Shown piece after piece: positions 27,900 to 40,696 of a stretch of 64,000 nucleotides of DNA (position 1 is the stretch's first letter; each line of letters begins with the position of its first letter). Source of the stretch: Octopus vulgaris (lineage: Eukaryota); contig OX597814.1 of NCBI GenBank assembly GCA_951406725.2, positions 86,304,001-86,368,000 of the forward strand, in the 5' to 3' direction. The position numbers and the translations under genes are program-made. The notes below the pieces were generated by a model. The model was not told the DNA's origin. It was given only the letters and a program-made list of their open reading frames with translations, and ran no database searches.

Positions 27900-28720
27900 A
27901 GAGAGGAAATAGACTTGAAATTTTCCTGGGTGGTGAGTTTGGATTCTGCTATTGTTGATATCATTGTTGTTGCCGGTCTTGCTGTCGTAGCTGGTGTTGT
28001 TATCACAGCTACAGTTGCACTTCTTTGTGATGTTGCTGTTGTTATTTCCACTGTTGTTGTGTTCGCCACTACTACTAATGTTGTTGTTATGAGGGATCTG
28101 GTGTCCACATTAATAGGAGCTTCCTCTCTCATTTTTTTTTAGGACAAAAAACTCTTAAGTGACCTTCGGCACCACACAATTGGCCTTCTGCTCTCGACTG
28201 CAACACACAGCTTCAGTCCACTATGGGATCCTTTCCACATCCTTCAGTTTGATCTGGATATCTCAAATGTGATCTGAAACCAAAACTCCTTCTCTGTTCA
28301 TTTTAAGTCGAGGAAACCGTCTTCCTTCTAAGATAACACAGGCCAACAGCCACCAATCCAACCCAGTATTTTAGGAGATAGGTCCTTCTCCCTAATTATG
28401 TTGGATAGAGGGTGGGCTCCTTGTCGAGTATGGAAAGTAAGGAGTGTTTCAATACGAGAACTTCGCTCTTAAAAAGCAACTCCAGTTCTCCCGAATTGCC
28501 TTACCCTCTTTGCAAGATCTACACTGACCCATATTTCTTTGAGTGCTCTTTCCACTTGGGTGTGTGTTGACGCTTGCCGACAGACGGTGATACACTACCG
28601 TCTTCCGAACATTTGCAGCTAATATGTCGGCTGGAATAACTTGGACTGTGCCAAGTGAGCTTCTTTGTCGTTTACGGACTGCGAGAAGCACTGATTTCTC
28701 CACATCCCAGCAAAAAATTA
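27900..28720 (-). pseudogene. Second decayed ORF1/zinc-knuckle remnant
   Basis: Minus strand VAVESRRP..CGAEGHLRVFCPK followed by a Thr/Ala-rich tract; same layout as 24990-25800. Confidence 0.5.
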
Positions 28721-29021
28721 CTTCAACATTGTCGATATTCTTGTTGTTGCTGATATTGTTATTGCTACTGTCGCTGTTCTGCTGCTACCGCAGTTACATG
28801 TGTTGTTATTGATGTTCTCGTGCACATACTGCTTCTTAAAGCTATACTGAACTTTTAAAACGACATGGGGTGTGTAATGTTCTCCAATGAAATTGGTAGT
28901 GGTATGCGTCGTTCTTTCTGCTACCTTTATGCTTAATCTGATAGTAGACGTTAATAATGCCGTAATTCCAACAGAGAACATGAAAACAGACTCTACTGTT
29001 TAACTGGTACCTACTTATTTT

Positions 29022-29392
29022 ACTATAGGCACAAGGCCTGAAATTTAGGGGAGGGATAGTCGATTACATCGACCCCATTACTCAACTGATACTTAATTTA
29101 CCGACCCCGAAAGGATGAATGGCAAAGTCGACCTCGGCGGAATTTTAACTCAGAACGTAGAGGCAGACGAAATACCTATTTCTTTACTACCCACAAGGGG
29201 CAAAACACAGAGGGGACAAACAAGGACAGACAAACGGATTAAGTCGATTACATCGACCCCAGTGCGCAACTGGTACTTAATTTATCGACCCCGAAAGGAT
29301 GAAAGGCAAAGTTGACCTCGGCGGACTTTGAACTCAGAACGCAGCGGCGGACGAAATACTGCAAAGCATTTCGCCCGGCGTGCTAACGTTTC
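29022..29392 (-). mobile_element. Dimeric tRNA-derived SINE (Meta-like central domain)
   Basis: Two units containing gaccccgaaaggatgaa.ggcaaagt.gacctcggcgga, joined by tttctttactacccacaagggg...ggacaaacaaggaca. Confidence 0.7.
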
Positions 29393-29479
29393 TAATAATA
29401 ATGATAATAATGATAATAATAATAATAATCTTTTCTTTATTTGCCATGAAGGCGCAGTCATATAACAGCACATGGGGTT

Positions 29480-30800
29480 TACAAGACATTTGGGGAGTAG
29501 ACAAACAAGTTATGTGAAAACAAGAAGCTGGGCAAAGACGTTATACAATATACACACGACACCAGTTAAATTTGGCAATAACAAGGTAAATACATAGATA
29601 TTGATCAAAGATTACAGAAAAACACAAAATAATTAAAGATATGATTTAAATTTTAGTCTTCCTACAATGGGTCAGCGCATTCGACAACTCACATCGTCTT
29701 AACCCACACTATCCACTTCGTCCTGATAACAAAAACTCTTTAATCCCGAAAGAGCCTGTGAACAGTTCGGATGTTGGAGCAGGAAATCAAAGGACCAAGT
29801 CAAAAAAAAAAAAAGAACATTCTTAATCTTACAGACAGCTTGCTTCTGGTATGCTCTAGAATATGGGATCCCATCTCTTCGCATATCTATGCATTGTCTG
29901 TGCCACATTGTTCAAGTAAATCATATCTTCCGTTTGTTGTTCGCTTTCAATATAAAGCACTGTGAAAACCAAGATGCTCTCTTCGGAACACACCTTGAAC
30001 TTTTTCTCCACCTTCCTCTGAGGTTTATTTATTTTTTTTTTTTGGTGAGGGGATCATATTCTTTCTTTCTTTTTTTGCACCTTTAACGCTAACCCTAGTA
30101 GTTTTCCCTTCTTGCTCTTCCTCCTATTTATTACTAAATTTACAAGACAATAGGGTAGTGCTACATGAAGAGTGAAGGCCTTGCCGTCCTTGGCTTCTAG
30201 GACTGAGAGCAAAGCGGTTTTTATGGTTACCCTTGGCTGCAACCGGTGTTGCAAATAGCTGTGTTACTAAGATACCAGCAGATGGTAATCTAGAGACTTG
30301 TGTTTGAGGCTCAACATCGCCTTTTCCACTACTCCAGCTCTTCAAGGACTAAAAATAATTTAGTAACTCTTGCTACCACGGCTATAATTGGGCTGTCTTG
30401 CCTACGCTGTCGGTTTCGTCATCAACGCCCACGACATGAAAGAATGGTCCTATGGGATCATTAACTTAAAAGCCCATGCTGATTCCTCCCGGCTGCATGT
30501 CGTTCGTCATTACGCATTTACCACAGTACTACAAAGATGACAAGAAGTGTTATACTGCATTGTGTACAGAGTGAATAATTCATATAAAAAGCTCTGATGC
30601 TACACCCCATCCTCGGTCTTAAAGGCCAAGCAGACAGTACAATAAACTCTGCCTGTCTTTATGGGCAAGGTGCTAGTCTAGTCCAGATATAATCCAGAGT
30701 ATCCCTTATCTGGTCTCTCGTGGGCATAGCAAAACCTCCCCTTCGTAAATCGAAGACAGACCAGTTTTCTCGTTACTGGTTTCTCAATAAAAATTTTGGA
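29480..30800. mobile_element. Very decayed L1/Tx1-like LINE 3' remnants
   Basis: Only weak similarity to the ORF2 C-terminal region; many stops. Confidence 0.3.
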
Positions 30801-31299
30801 CAAGTTTTATTTTGGAGTGTCCATATCCAAAATTTCAATGTTAGAAACAATTCTTGTCCAATTGTAGGTCTGTGTGTAAGTGTCAATGTTATTGCGTCTT
30901 CCGGATGAATTCCCAAAATGGTTTCGTCACTCATGTATCTCGAGTTTTGTGCCTGTAGAGTGTGTCATTAAGTGATATTGCTCCCCCGAAAGCACTATCA
31001 GTTCTCGAAGTTATCCATCGTCTCTGTGCTGAAACTCTTCTGGAGCGGACAAACCTATTGATCCTCTTCGACGCTCGGTGTTTCCTTGACGACGTTGTCT
31101 CTCTTTTATTGTTATTTTCCTGTCCAATCTCTTGATGCGAGTCTTTCACCTCGATCTCTTCACACGATGAGGCTGAGGAATCGAAGAGATCTGAGGCAAA
31201 GGAGATAACAGATATAAATTGTACATGTGTGCATTTCGTTGGGTACTGCAGAGAAACTTTTGTGATAGTAAGTTCTGCTGCGTTGAAAGCTCCTGTTAC

Positions 31300-32050
31300 T
31301 GTTGTTGGTAGTGGTCATGTTGCTGTGGTTTTTGTTGTTGTCTGTAGTTATAGCAGCTGCTGGTGATGGTGTTATTACTACTACAATTGCTATTGGTGAT
31401 GTTTGTATCATCCGCAATCGGAGGATTATTTCTTTTGTCCTTTGCTGTAGGAGAAGGCGCTTAGACGGTTTATAGCGCCAAACATGTGGTTCATAGACCT
31501 TTTCTCTTAACCACCACAAACAGCTGAGTCCCGCTTAGCAATCGAAGATGTCTTTGACTCTATCCCACTCTACTTGGATCAAGTGCTTGCCACCTATTCA
31601 TGACCAGTTTTCAGAATGATTGCTTAATCTTCGTGTGCCTAAGTTGTTGCCACCAACCACCATATGCTCACTTCCGGCAGCACACCCACCACTTTCGCTT
31701 TCACCACCTGTCAGCTCATACATGATAGGATTAGGATAAAATCCTTGCTCATCAATGGAGAACTGGAGTGATTCTTCAGTTCACTTTCTAAGAAGAATCT
31801 GATCTCCACATCCTGTACTGACTGCCACGTGAAAGAAATTGTTTCCACACTGCCTTCAAGCATCGCTCCACCTACATATAAAGCAGCCTATCCACTCATC
31901 GACTCTACGTGCTTATGTGCAAGTAGAACACTGTGCATTTGTTGGGCTCCTGCACGACTTCTTGTCACACGACCAGAGTAACTTTGCTTCCGGACGAATC
32001 CTCTGGCTTCTTTCAGGTCCTCCTTCTGCATCACCAGTTCCTTTCTGCAC
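31300..32050 (-). pseudogene. Third decayed ORF1/zinc-knuckle-like remnant
   Basis: Minus strand VVVKRK...GAINRLSAF followed by a Thr/Asn-rich tract; parallels the other two copies. Confidence 0.35.
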
Positions 32051-32819
32051 TTAAAGATACTTTTCTGTGACCATTATTACTGTGAAGGCAGCAAGCTCAC
32101 AAAATCGTTACCAAAATGCTTAGCGGCATTTCTTCCGGCTATAAGTACTAATTGAACACTGGAGTTGATGTAATCGAATTGGACCTCCCTTCTCATAAGC
32201 TTCAAGCTTTGTGCCTACAAGAGAAAGAATTATTACTATGTGAGCCGTTGTTGCCATTGCTAGTGTTAATGCCAGAAGTCGCAGTGAAAGCCAGGTTGGT
32301 GGCAAAGATTGGTGCAGCAATATTCAGTCGAGTTGATGTTAAATGGTGTCGGCAGTGGCAGTGTTATTTTTCTTTATCCTTTATACTATTGTTGCCACCA
32401 TCACCATTGCTACTGCAAGAGGTATTCTCACTTCCACTCATCACAGTTATGGTGGTGGGGTATTAGGACTGCTGACTGTGAAAGCGGGAAGGTGTTGTCT
32501 TCGTCTTCATTTGTAAAAGCAAAGTCCCTCCCTACGGCTTAAATCACCTTTTCCTTCCCCTAGTTTGTAAGTATCAAGAAAATTGCCACCGCATTTATTA
32601 TATTCAAATACTTTTTTTTTTTTTCAAAGAAACATTTTCTTCAAAATAGAGCTCTGCAAGGCTGGAAATAAAATTAATCAGTCTTTTATGGTTGGGGTCA
32701 ATTCTGCAACAAAATATGACTCAAAAATCTAAAATAATAAATCTCTAAAACAGGTAAATAAGAAATATTCATAAAGACCAATGTATAAACACATGTAAAA
32801 CAAATAGCAATAATAACAA

Positions 32820-33624
32820 TGGTTTCAAATTTTGCCACAAGGCAGCAATTTGGGGGGTGGGGGTGAGTCGATTACATTGACCTCAGTGTATTTATTTTAT
32901 CGACTCCGGAAGGATGAAAGGCCAAGTTGACCTCGGCGGAATTTGAACTCAGAAAGTAGCGATGGGCGAAATACTGCTAAGTATTTCGTCCGTCGTGCTA
33001 ACGATTCTGCCAACTCGCCGTCTTAATAATAATCTTTTCTACTGGAGGCACAAGGCCTCAAATTTGTGGGGCGGGGGCTAGTCGATTATATCGACCCCAG
33101 TGTTTCACTGGTACATAACTTACAGCAGGTGTTCGACATAAACCCACAGGTCAGCAATGCTCGGGCACTGAACGGGTGCATGCAGGACGTAAAGAGCTGT
33201 AAGAAGTAGTGCAAAGCATTTTGTCTCGTGTCCAATAATAATAATGATAATAATAATAATAATCCTTTCTACTGGAAGCACAAGGACTCAAATTCGGGGG
33301 AAGGGATTAGGTCGATAATAATCTACGCCTGGGCGTAACTGGTACTAATCTTATCGACCCCGAAAGGATGAAAAGCAAAGTCGACCTCGGCGGAAATGAT
33401 AATAATTATAATAATCTTTTCTAATATAGACACAAGGTCTGAAATTTTATAGGAAGAGGGCTAGTCGATTACATCAACCCCAGAACTCAACTGGTACTTA
33501 TTTTTATTGACTCCAAAAATTGAAAGGCAAAGTCGACCAAGTGGAATTTGAACTCAATGTAAAGACGACGAAATACTGTTCAGCATTTTGTCAGGCATGC
33601 TAACGATTCAGCCACTTCGCCATG

Positions 33625-33662
<38 letters not shown>

Positions 33663-34076
33663 TAATAATAATAATAATAATAATAATTCCTACTATAGGC
33701 ACAAAGCCTAAAATTTGGGTGGAGGGGTTAGGTGATTAGATCGAACCCAGTACGCAACTGGTACTTAATTTATCGACCCCGTAAAAATGAAAAGTCAAGT
33801 CGACCTCGCCGGAATTTGAACTCAGAACGTAGCGGCAGACAAAACACCTGTTTCTTTACTACCCACAAGGGGCTAAACACAGAGAGGACAAACAAGGACA
33901 AATAAACGGAGTAAGTCGATTATATCAACCCCAGTGCGTAACTGGTACTTATTTAATCTACCCCGAAAGGATGAAAGGCAAAGTCGACCTCGACGGAATT
34001 TGAACTCAGAACGTAGCGGCGGACGAAATACCGATCAGCATTTCGCCCGGCGTGCTAACGATTCTGCCAGCTCGCC
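32820..34076 (-). mobile_element. Cluster of ~6 co-oriented SINE copies separated by (AAT)n
   Basis: Repeated ..cacaagg..aaattt..gtcgatta.atcgacccc..gaaaggatgaaaggcaaagtcgacctcggcggaatttgaactcagaacg..gctaacgattctgccagctcgcc. Confidence 0.85.
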
Positions 34077-34766
34077 GTTTTATTATTAACAATAATAATA
34101 GTAATGGTGGGAGTTCTTTGATATGTAATTTTCAATAGGAAAGGAGAAAGAATGACAACAAGCTTTTAAGTTATACATATATAAGCATTAAAAAAAAAAA
34201 AGATTTGTTCAGGACAATTTTATTCAATTCTTCAGCAGTTGTCACATATGCCTATATACAGTGGGAGAGGGAAGTATGAGAGAGGAAGAGAGCGTGTGAG
34301 TGTATCGATTTCAACCGATTAACCTCAGACAACTTCTATTGTAATAAGAAATAGTTGATTAATTGTTACCATGTTTTTATCATCCATGTTCCTTATTAAG
34401 TTGGAAGTTACCAGAAAAGATACACTAAAACTGCTCGTTGAATATTTGAATCATTGCAAATCGCATAACTCAGTGTATGTGGTTTTTCATATATACAATT
34501 CTTTTATGTGACATCCTGACATTTAGTAACAATGGCACGTAGAACATAGAAGGTACGTAAACATATATTAGTATGCAAAAGGATGTTTATGTCTCTCACA
34601 CACATGCCGATTAACAGGTAGTCAGCTCGAACTTCATGAGCAACAAAACTATCTGTAACATTCATAGTTTCTCAAAGGTATGTGCAAAATAAGCGCAATA
34701 GTTATGGCTGAGTGGCAGATTCAATTCAATGCTTTCCACATAAGACACCACACTTAGCTTTATAAG

Positions 34767-35175
34767 TGCAGGTGTGGATGTGTGGTTAAGATGCTTGCTT
34801 CCCAGCCATGTAATTGCTGGGGTTCAAGTCCTACTGCATGGCACCTTTGACAAGTGTCATCCACTATAGCCCCAAATCAACCAAAGCCTTGTAAGTGGGT
34901 TCGGTAGACAGAAACTGAAAGAAGCTTGAGATATGCATTATGTAAGTGGGAGGGTACTCGTCTTTACATCACACAATCATTGTACATGGCCATCACCATC
35001 GTACATGTTGTTTCACTTCCAGTCTTCCATGGAAAACATGTCTTGCCATAGGGAAATATTACTTTATTTGAAAACAGGTATGGGTTGGTGACAGGAAGGG
35101 CATCTAGCTGTAGAAAACCTGGCTCAACAAATTCCATCTGATCTATGCAAGCATGGAAAAATGAATATTAAAAAC
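34767..35175 (+). mobile_element. CORE-like SINE with RTE-type 3' segment
   Basis: gcaggtgtggatgtgtggttaag...ggcacctttgacaagtgtc...gggttggtgacaggaagggcatctagctgtagaaa; paralogue at 57953-58350. Confidence 0.6.
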
Positions 35176-35774
35176 AAAACAAACAATATATTTGAACTGC
35201 TTTCAGCCAATAGGCTTTGCAAATGCTGGGTCACCATTCAAGGGTATAATTGATTACAACTCCAGTTCTTAACCTTTTCTTATTTCTATCAACCTCAAAA
35301 AGTTGACTGAGAAACACAACCTGGACAAGAGTTTGAACTTAATACACAAGTGAAAACAATGTATTTTGCTCAATGCTGTACCAATTCTGTTGCTCACTGC
35401 CCTACAAAGGCATACACAAAAGATCATTTATAAATTCCAGTTATATAACCAGATACCAATGTTTTGTCACAGAAAGGGAACAGCTATATCTTCTTAGGTT
35501 CTAAATGTCAACATTAGTTTCTCAAGGGTGGTGATAAATAGCAAGGTTTCATGACTTTTATATCCTTTTAGGTTACAATCTGTGCTCATTCCTTCAAATG
35601 AAGCATCATTTTGCTAAGATAGTTTCAAAAGACAAAATATCATTGACAGGTTAAACAAGTATTAAAGAGTTAAATCGAATGGATATACAAATTTTGTATT
35701 TATATCAGCTGAACAGCTTAAACATGTCAGCATCTGCCAGACATCCTAAGCAATCTGGATGGTTTAGGGTAAGC

Positions 35775-35918
35775 ATAGGCAACCTTTTTTATGAGAAGTG
35801 GGCCGCATGTGACATGGTTCTTCATCAAACAGGGTTGCATGACTAAAAACATTGAAGGTAATTTTTCCCTAGGTGTGCCATTCACAAAGACCTATGAGTC
35901 GCAGGCGGCCTATGACTG
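35775..35918. mobile_element. Short hAT-like MITE
   Basis: Imperfect TIRs cataggcaacc / ggcggcctatg. Confidence 0.35.
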
Positions 35919-36766
35919 GTTTAGAATCTATTAGACAGCCTACTTGATGTCCTAAGTGTTTTAAGGTCTGATGGATAATGTAAAGTGTTAACCAGTCTAA
36001 TGAATCTGATGGATAGCAAAAGAAATATATATATATATATCTTCAACCAGATTGTTTCATTTATGTTTGATTAATTTGAATAGCTTAAAAAATTGACACA
36101 GCTTAATGGAAACCATAACATATTGCAATCTATCAAGCAACTTAAATTTACATTAAAGAAGAAAGATAGATTCAGGCATGGCTGTCAAATGTAGTGCTTA
36201 TTTATTCACACTGTTTTGTGTGAATGACATTGAAGAGTAGGTGTGAGAGGCTGAATCTGGCCAGTTTGAACATTAAAAAAACTGTAGATCATTTTGGCTG
36301 AATATGACCTGTTTAAATGCTAGAGGGTTAAAGAGTAAAGATATGGCAGAGTAAGAAGCTAACCATGTTTATAGTCTGCTGAACAACCTAAGCACGTCAT
36401 GGTCTGCTTAACATTTGCAATATGTTGTAATCATAACATTTGCGATATGTTGTAATCATAACTGAAACAAATTGTTTTTTTTTAAGAACTCAAAATAACC
36501 AAATAAAGCAAAATCAAAATATTTAAAAGTAATTCATTTCTACTTAAAAAAAAAAAGAGAACATATTACTTCTAACATTGATCTGTTCTTTCATTTTTGT
36601 TTTATTTTGTTTTAAGCTTTTTTTTTCTTCTTGTTTTGTGGAAAAATAAATGGAACAATTGAAATGAACATGAAAGAAAGAAAATATAACTCCATGTATT
36701 TTCTTCTTTTTCAACATTTGTTCAAAGAAAGAGTATAACTGTTTACAATAATAATGTGTGCATGCA

Positions 36767-36798
<32 letters not shown>

Positions 36799-36999
36799 GA
36801 GAAGTTGATGAGGAGCCTAGTGATGTGAATTAAATTTGGTGGATGAGGCATCTCTCTCTGATGGGTAGAGGACATGAGATATTTATCTGAAGTATTTGGT
36901 ATAGCCTTTTATTTATTATTTTTGTCTGTACAGAAATGAAAATTTGATGCAATGAACTAAATCCAATATACAACAACAGACAAACTAAAATGGAGATTG

Positions 37000-37590
37000 G
37001 TTTGGTGTATGAGTCAGTCAGTGAACTAAAGCAGGATGGTGGTGGTGGTGGAGATATTCAGTTGTGAATCAGTCAAGTGTAACCAAAACACAATGGATAT
37101 GTGTGTATGTGTATGATTGTGAGACAGTCAATTCATCAAAATATGATGGGTAAAAGGTTGTGAGTTAACTGAATGGTTGATGGAGTAAAAGACATGTTAC
37201 AGGTATGGTTGTGAGACAGGTTGTAGATCAAAATATGATGGATGTATGGTTGTGTGTCAGTCACAGTATTATATAATGTGGTTGTGAACCAGCAACCCAT
37301 AACATGTTGGATATGATGTGATTGTAAATCAGTAGACCATAATATGAATGGGTGTGTGGGTGATCCCAAGTCAGTAGGCCATAATATGGATGAGTGGATG
37401 GTTCTGAGTCAGATGATAACATGATAGATGTGTAGTTGTGAGGCAATAGAGTGTGGCAGATATGTAGCTGTGAGTCAATAGAACTTGACAGGCGTGTGGT
37501 TGTAGATCAGTCAACCATAACACAATAGATATGTGTGGCTGTGAGTCAGTAGTCCATAACATGATAGATGTGTGGTGGTAAATCAGTCAG
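37000..37590. repeat. Degenerate ~32-50-bp minisatellite (~15 units) in putative MORC2 3' UTR
   Basis: Recurring core gatgtgtgGTTGTGAGTCAGtagaccataacat, starting ~90 nt past the MORC2 stop codon. Confidence 0.8.
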
Positions 37591-37677
37591 AAAACTGAAA
37601 TATACTTCATGTCACAACATTGCAACAAATGAGGCAAAGTCATTGTTTTGAAATGGAGGAGTGGATGTGTGAGGCTT

Positions 37678-37767
37678 TTAAAAACCTCTCTGTATGGTTT
37701 GGTTAACATATTCTTCTAACATTGTATCAACTTGATCACTATCTGTGTTGACATCAATCTCAATGTT
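37678..37767 (-). CDS. MORC2: MORC2-like gene, terminal coding exon
   Basis: Acceptor cttttctttttcag| then NIEIDVNTDSDQVDTMLEEYVNQTIQRGF*, phase 0. Resembles the vertebrate MORC2 C-terminus (EDIDINTDDELDAYIEDL) as recalled. Confidence 0.85.
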   Translation of the reverse strand, partial: NIEIDVNTDSDQVDTMLEEYVNQTIQRGF

Positions 37768-38478
37768 CTGAAAAAGAAAAGAAAAAAGTTTTAATTAGAT
37801 GATATGGTTTTGAATTTTTTATAAAATGGTATTTATTTTACTGGTCCTCACATGTATGAAAGTAAGTCACAGCAGAATATGAAATTTGTGGCTTATTAAT
37901 AGAGTAAGTGAATGGAGTACAAATAAATTAACTTCATTCTGGAAAGTGAAATTATCAAATGAACAAAAGCATACCTTATGCAATACAATGCTGACCATTA
38001 AATAATAAATAACAATTTCGAATTTTGGCACAAAGCCAGCAATTTCAGGGGAGGGATTAAGTCAATTACATCAACCCCAGTACTCAGCAGGTACTTATTT
38101 TATCAACCCCAGTGGAATTTGAACACAGAACACAAAGACGGTTGAAATCTGTGAAACTTTTCACCAAGTGTGATATCTAAGACCAAGTAAAATAGCTAAG
38201 ACAAGAATATATAATGAATCCTTCAGACACAATGTTATAATAAGGACAACATTCTCCAATGTCTCTTTGAGAAACAGGATATCACTGACTGCATTATCTA
38301 TTTTTCCTTTCTTTTTTTTAAGAAGATATGAATTACATGCTATTCTTAGCAGATTGAACAACTACATAAAGGCTCCCCCACTAGTTTGTGGGAAAATACT
38401 GTAGAGTAGAAGTGTCCAAATTATACCATCATGTTAAATTAACAACTATTATTATTACCATTATTATTATTATTATTA

Positions 38479-39175
38479 AGGCAGCAAGCTGGCAGAATCA
38501 TTAGCATGCCAGACAAAATGCTTTGCAGCATTTCGTCTGCCACTACGTTCTGAGTTCAAATTCTGCCATAGTCAACTTTGCCTTTCATCCTTTTGGGGTA
38601 GATAAATTAAGTACCAGTGAAAATACCAGGGTCAATGTAATCGACTAGTCCCCTCCACACAAATTTGAGACCTTGTAACCTCCAACAGAAAGGATTATTA
38701 TTATTATTATTACTACTACTTTTATTATTTTTTCAGTTCAAATTCCACTGAGGTCAACTTTAAGGCAGTAAGCTGGCAGAATCATTAGTGCATCAGGCAA
38801 AATGCTTAGTGATATTTCATTCAGCACTTTGCATTCAGAGTTCAAGTACCACTGCAATCAACTTTGCTTTTCTTTTTGTGGTCAAAATAAAGTACCAGTC
38901 AAGTACTGGGGTTGATGTAATTGACTTACCCTTCCTCCTAAATCTACTGGACTTGTGCCAAAATTTGAAACCATTTGAAGCAGTGAACTGGCAGAATCAT
39001 TACTAAGCCAGGCAAAATGTTTAGCCACATTTCTTCTGGGTTTTGTGTTGAGTTCAAATGCTGCCAGGGTCAAATTTTGTATTTTGTTTTTAAAGTCGAT
39101 AAAGTAAGTACCATTTGAGGGCTGAGGTTGATATAACCAACTTTCCTTTTCCCTCAATATAGCTAACCTTGTGCT
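38479..39175 (+). mobile_element. Cluster of three SINE copies (CpG-decayed)
   Basis: ggcagcaagctggcagaatcattagc...gagttcaaattc..gtcaactttgcctttcatcc at 38479; further heads at ~38762 and ~38978. Confidence 0.75.
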
Positions 39176-40305
39176 AAAATATTAGTAAGAATTATAATTA
39201 TGATAACAAAAATGATGCTGATGATTTCACACAATTTTCTATTAAATATTCATCCAATAATCTTTGTAGATGACTGCTTGACATTCACTGATTGAACAGA
39301 AATGATCAAATTAACTCAAAGATTTAAGGGTGATGGAGGAAGAAGAAAAGATGTGTTTGTGAAAGAATCAAAAGTATGAAAAAAAAGAACTAAAAAAGCA
39401 GCGTTGTAAAGAAACCTAATGGAAGGAGTAAAATCCTACAACTGTCAATAGTTATTTATTTCTAGTGAAGCTAACATGTTACTGCAAGTCAGTTTAGGGC
39501 ACAGATCATCACAATTAGTCCTGCATACATGCGAATGAACACACTGCTACATAATTATTTTTGTGCTGTTCACTAAAAAAATGAAAAAAAGTACACAATA
39601 TACATAATATGAAGGAGAGAGAGAGAGAGAGTGTGTGTGTGTGTGTGTGTCCACGCACACATGTATGAATGTGCCTAAGTATGAACATACACACAAACAC
39701 GCATATGTATGAACACAAAAATATATGAATGTGTGTGTGAAAGGGAAAAAAAGGAAAAGAGAAAAAGAGTGGAATATATAGAAATATGAATGAAGGAGAG
39801 AAGATGTAAGTCTATCAGTTACAACCTCACCAAAACGGATGTTCTGGGATCCATTTCAATTTTTTTTTCTACACACACACACACACATACATACACATTC
39901 ACACTCATTCTCTCTCTCTCATTTTAGAACTAAATTTGCCAGTAAAAAGATTCTCAAAGCTCATCGAATATTAATTAACAATTTTGCCTTCCTTTCCTTT
40001 TTAGAATATTATCTAATAATAATGTCTTCTCATCCCCTTTCCTCATTCTTCATGGCCAATAACTCCTGCCCTATCCTTAGAATATTAATGAGCAAGGCCT
40101 TCTCCTATTCCCATTTCATTTCATTATGCCAGCAGAATCTTAAAACAAACATTGAGCAAAAGAATTTCTCCTAAACAGAAAACTTCTCTAGTGTCAATTA
40201 CAGCTGTTTTCAGCCATTTTTGCCTGAGGACCACTCTGATTCCTATTTAACTCATCTGGTCCTCCATAGTCATTCGATGTTTTAAAAGAATCCTATTGTC
40301 TGTTA

Positions 40306-40494
40306 TCTTTTATTTGTTTCAGCCATTAAACTACAACCATGCTGGGGCACCACCTTGAAGAATTTTAATCAAATGAATCAATTCCAGCACTTATTTTTTT
40401 AAAACCTGGTACTTATTCTATTAGTCTCTTTAACTTAACAAACCAACACCGGTTGTCAAGCTGAGGTGCAGGACAGACACAAAGACACACAATT

Positions 40495-40536
<42 letters not shown>

Positions 40537-40696
40537 GACAGGCTTCTTTCAGTTTCTGTCTACCAAATCCACTCACAAGGATTTGGTCAGCTCAAGACTA
40601 TAGTAGAAGACACTTGCCCAGATGCTAAGCAGTGGAACTGAACCAGAACCTTGTGGTTGAGAAGCAAACTTCTTAACTCAGAATCACACCTGTGCC
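40306..40696 (-). mobile_element. CORE-like SINE, nested in a probable hAT-like MITE (~40200-40830)
   Basis: Reverse complement of the 20329/44938 family, full length with central (TA)n. Confidence 0.7.

Noticed and set aside
34260-34690. Possible plus-strand promoter or first exon (TATCGAT motif, GT donors)
   Set aside because: Short motifs expected by chance, and no downstream plus-strand coding exons were found.
36409-36462. 25-bp tandem duplication
   Set aside because: Ordinary slippage product.
37000-37590. Possible CRISPR-like repeat-spacer array
   Set aside because: Eukaryotic context, degenerate repeats, inter-core segments related to each other, and no cas genes.
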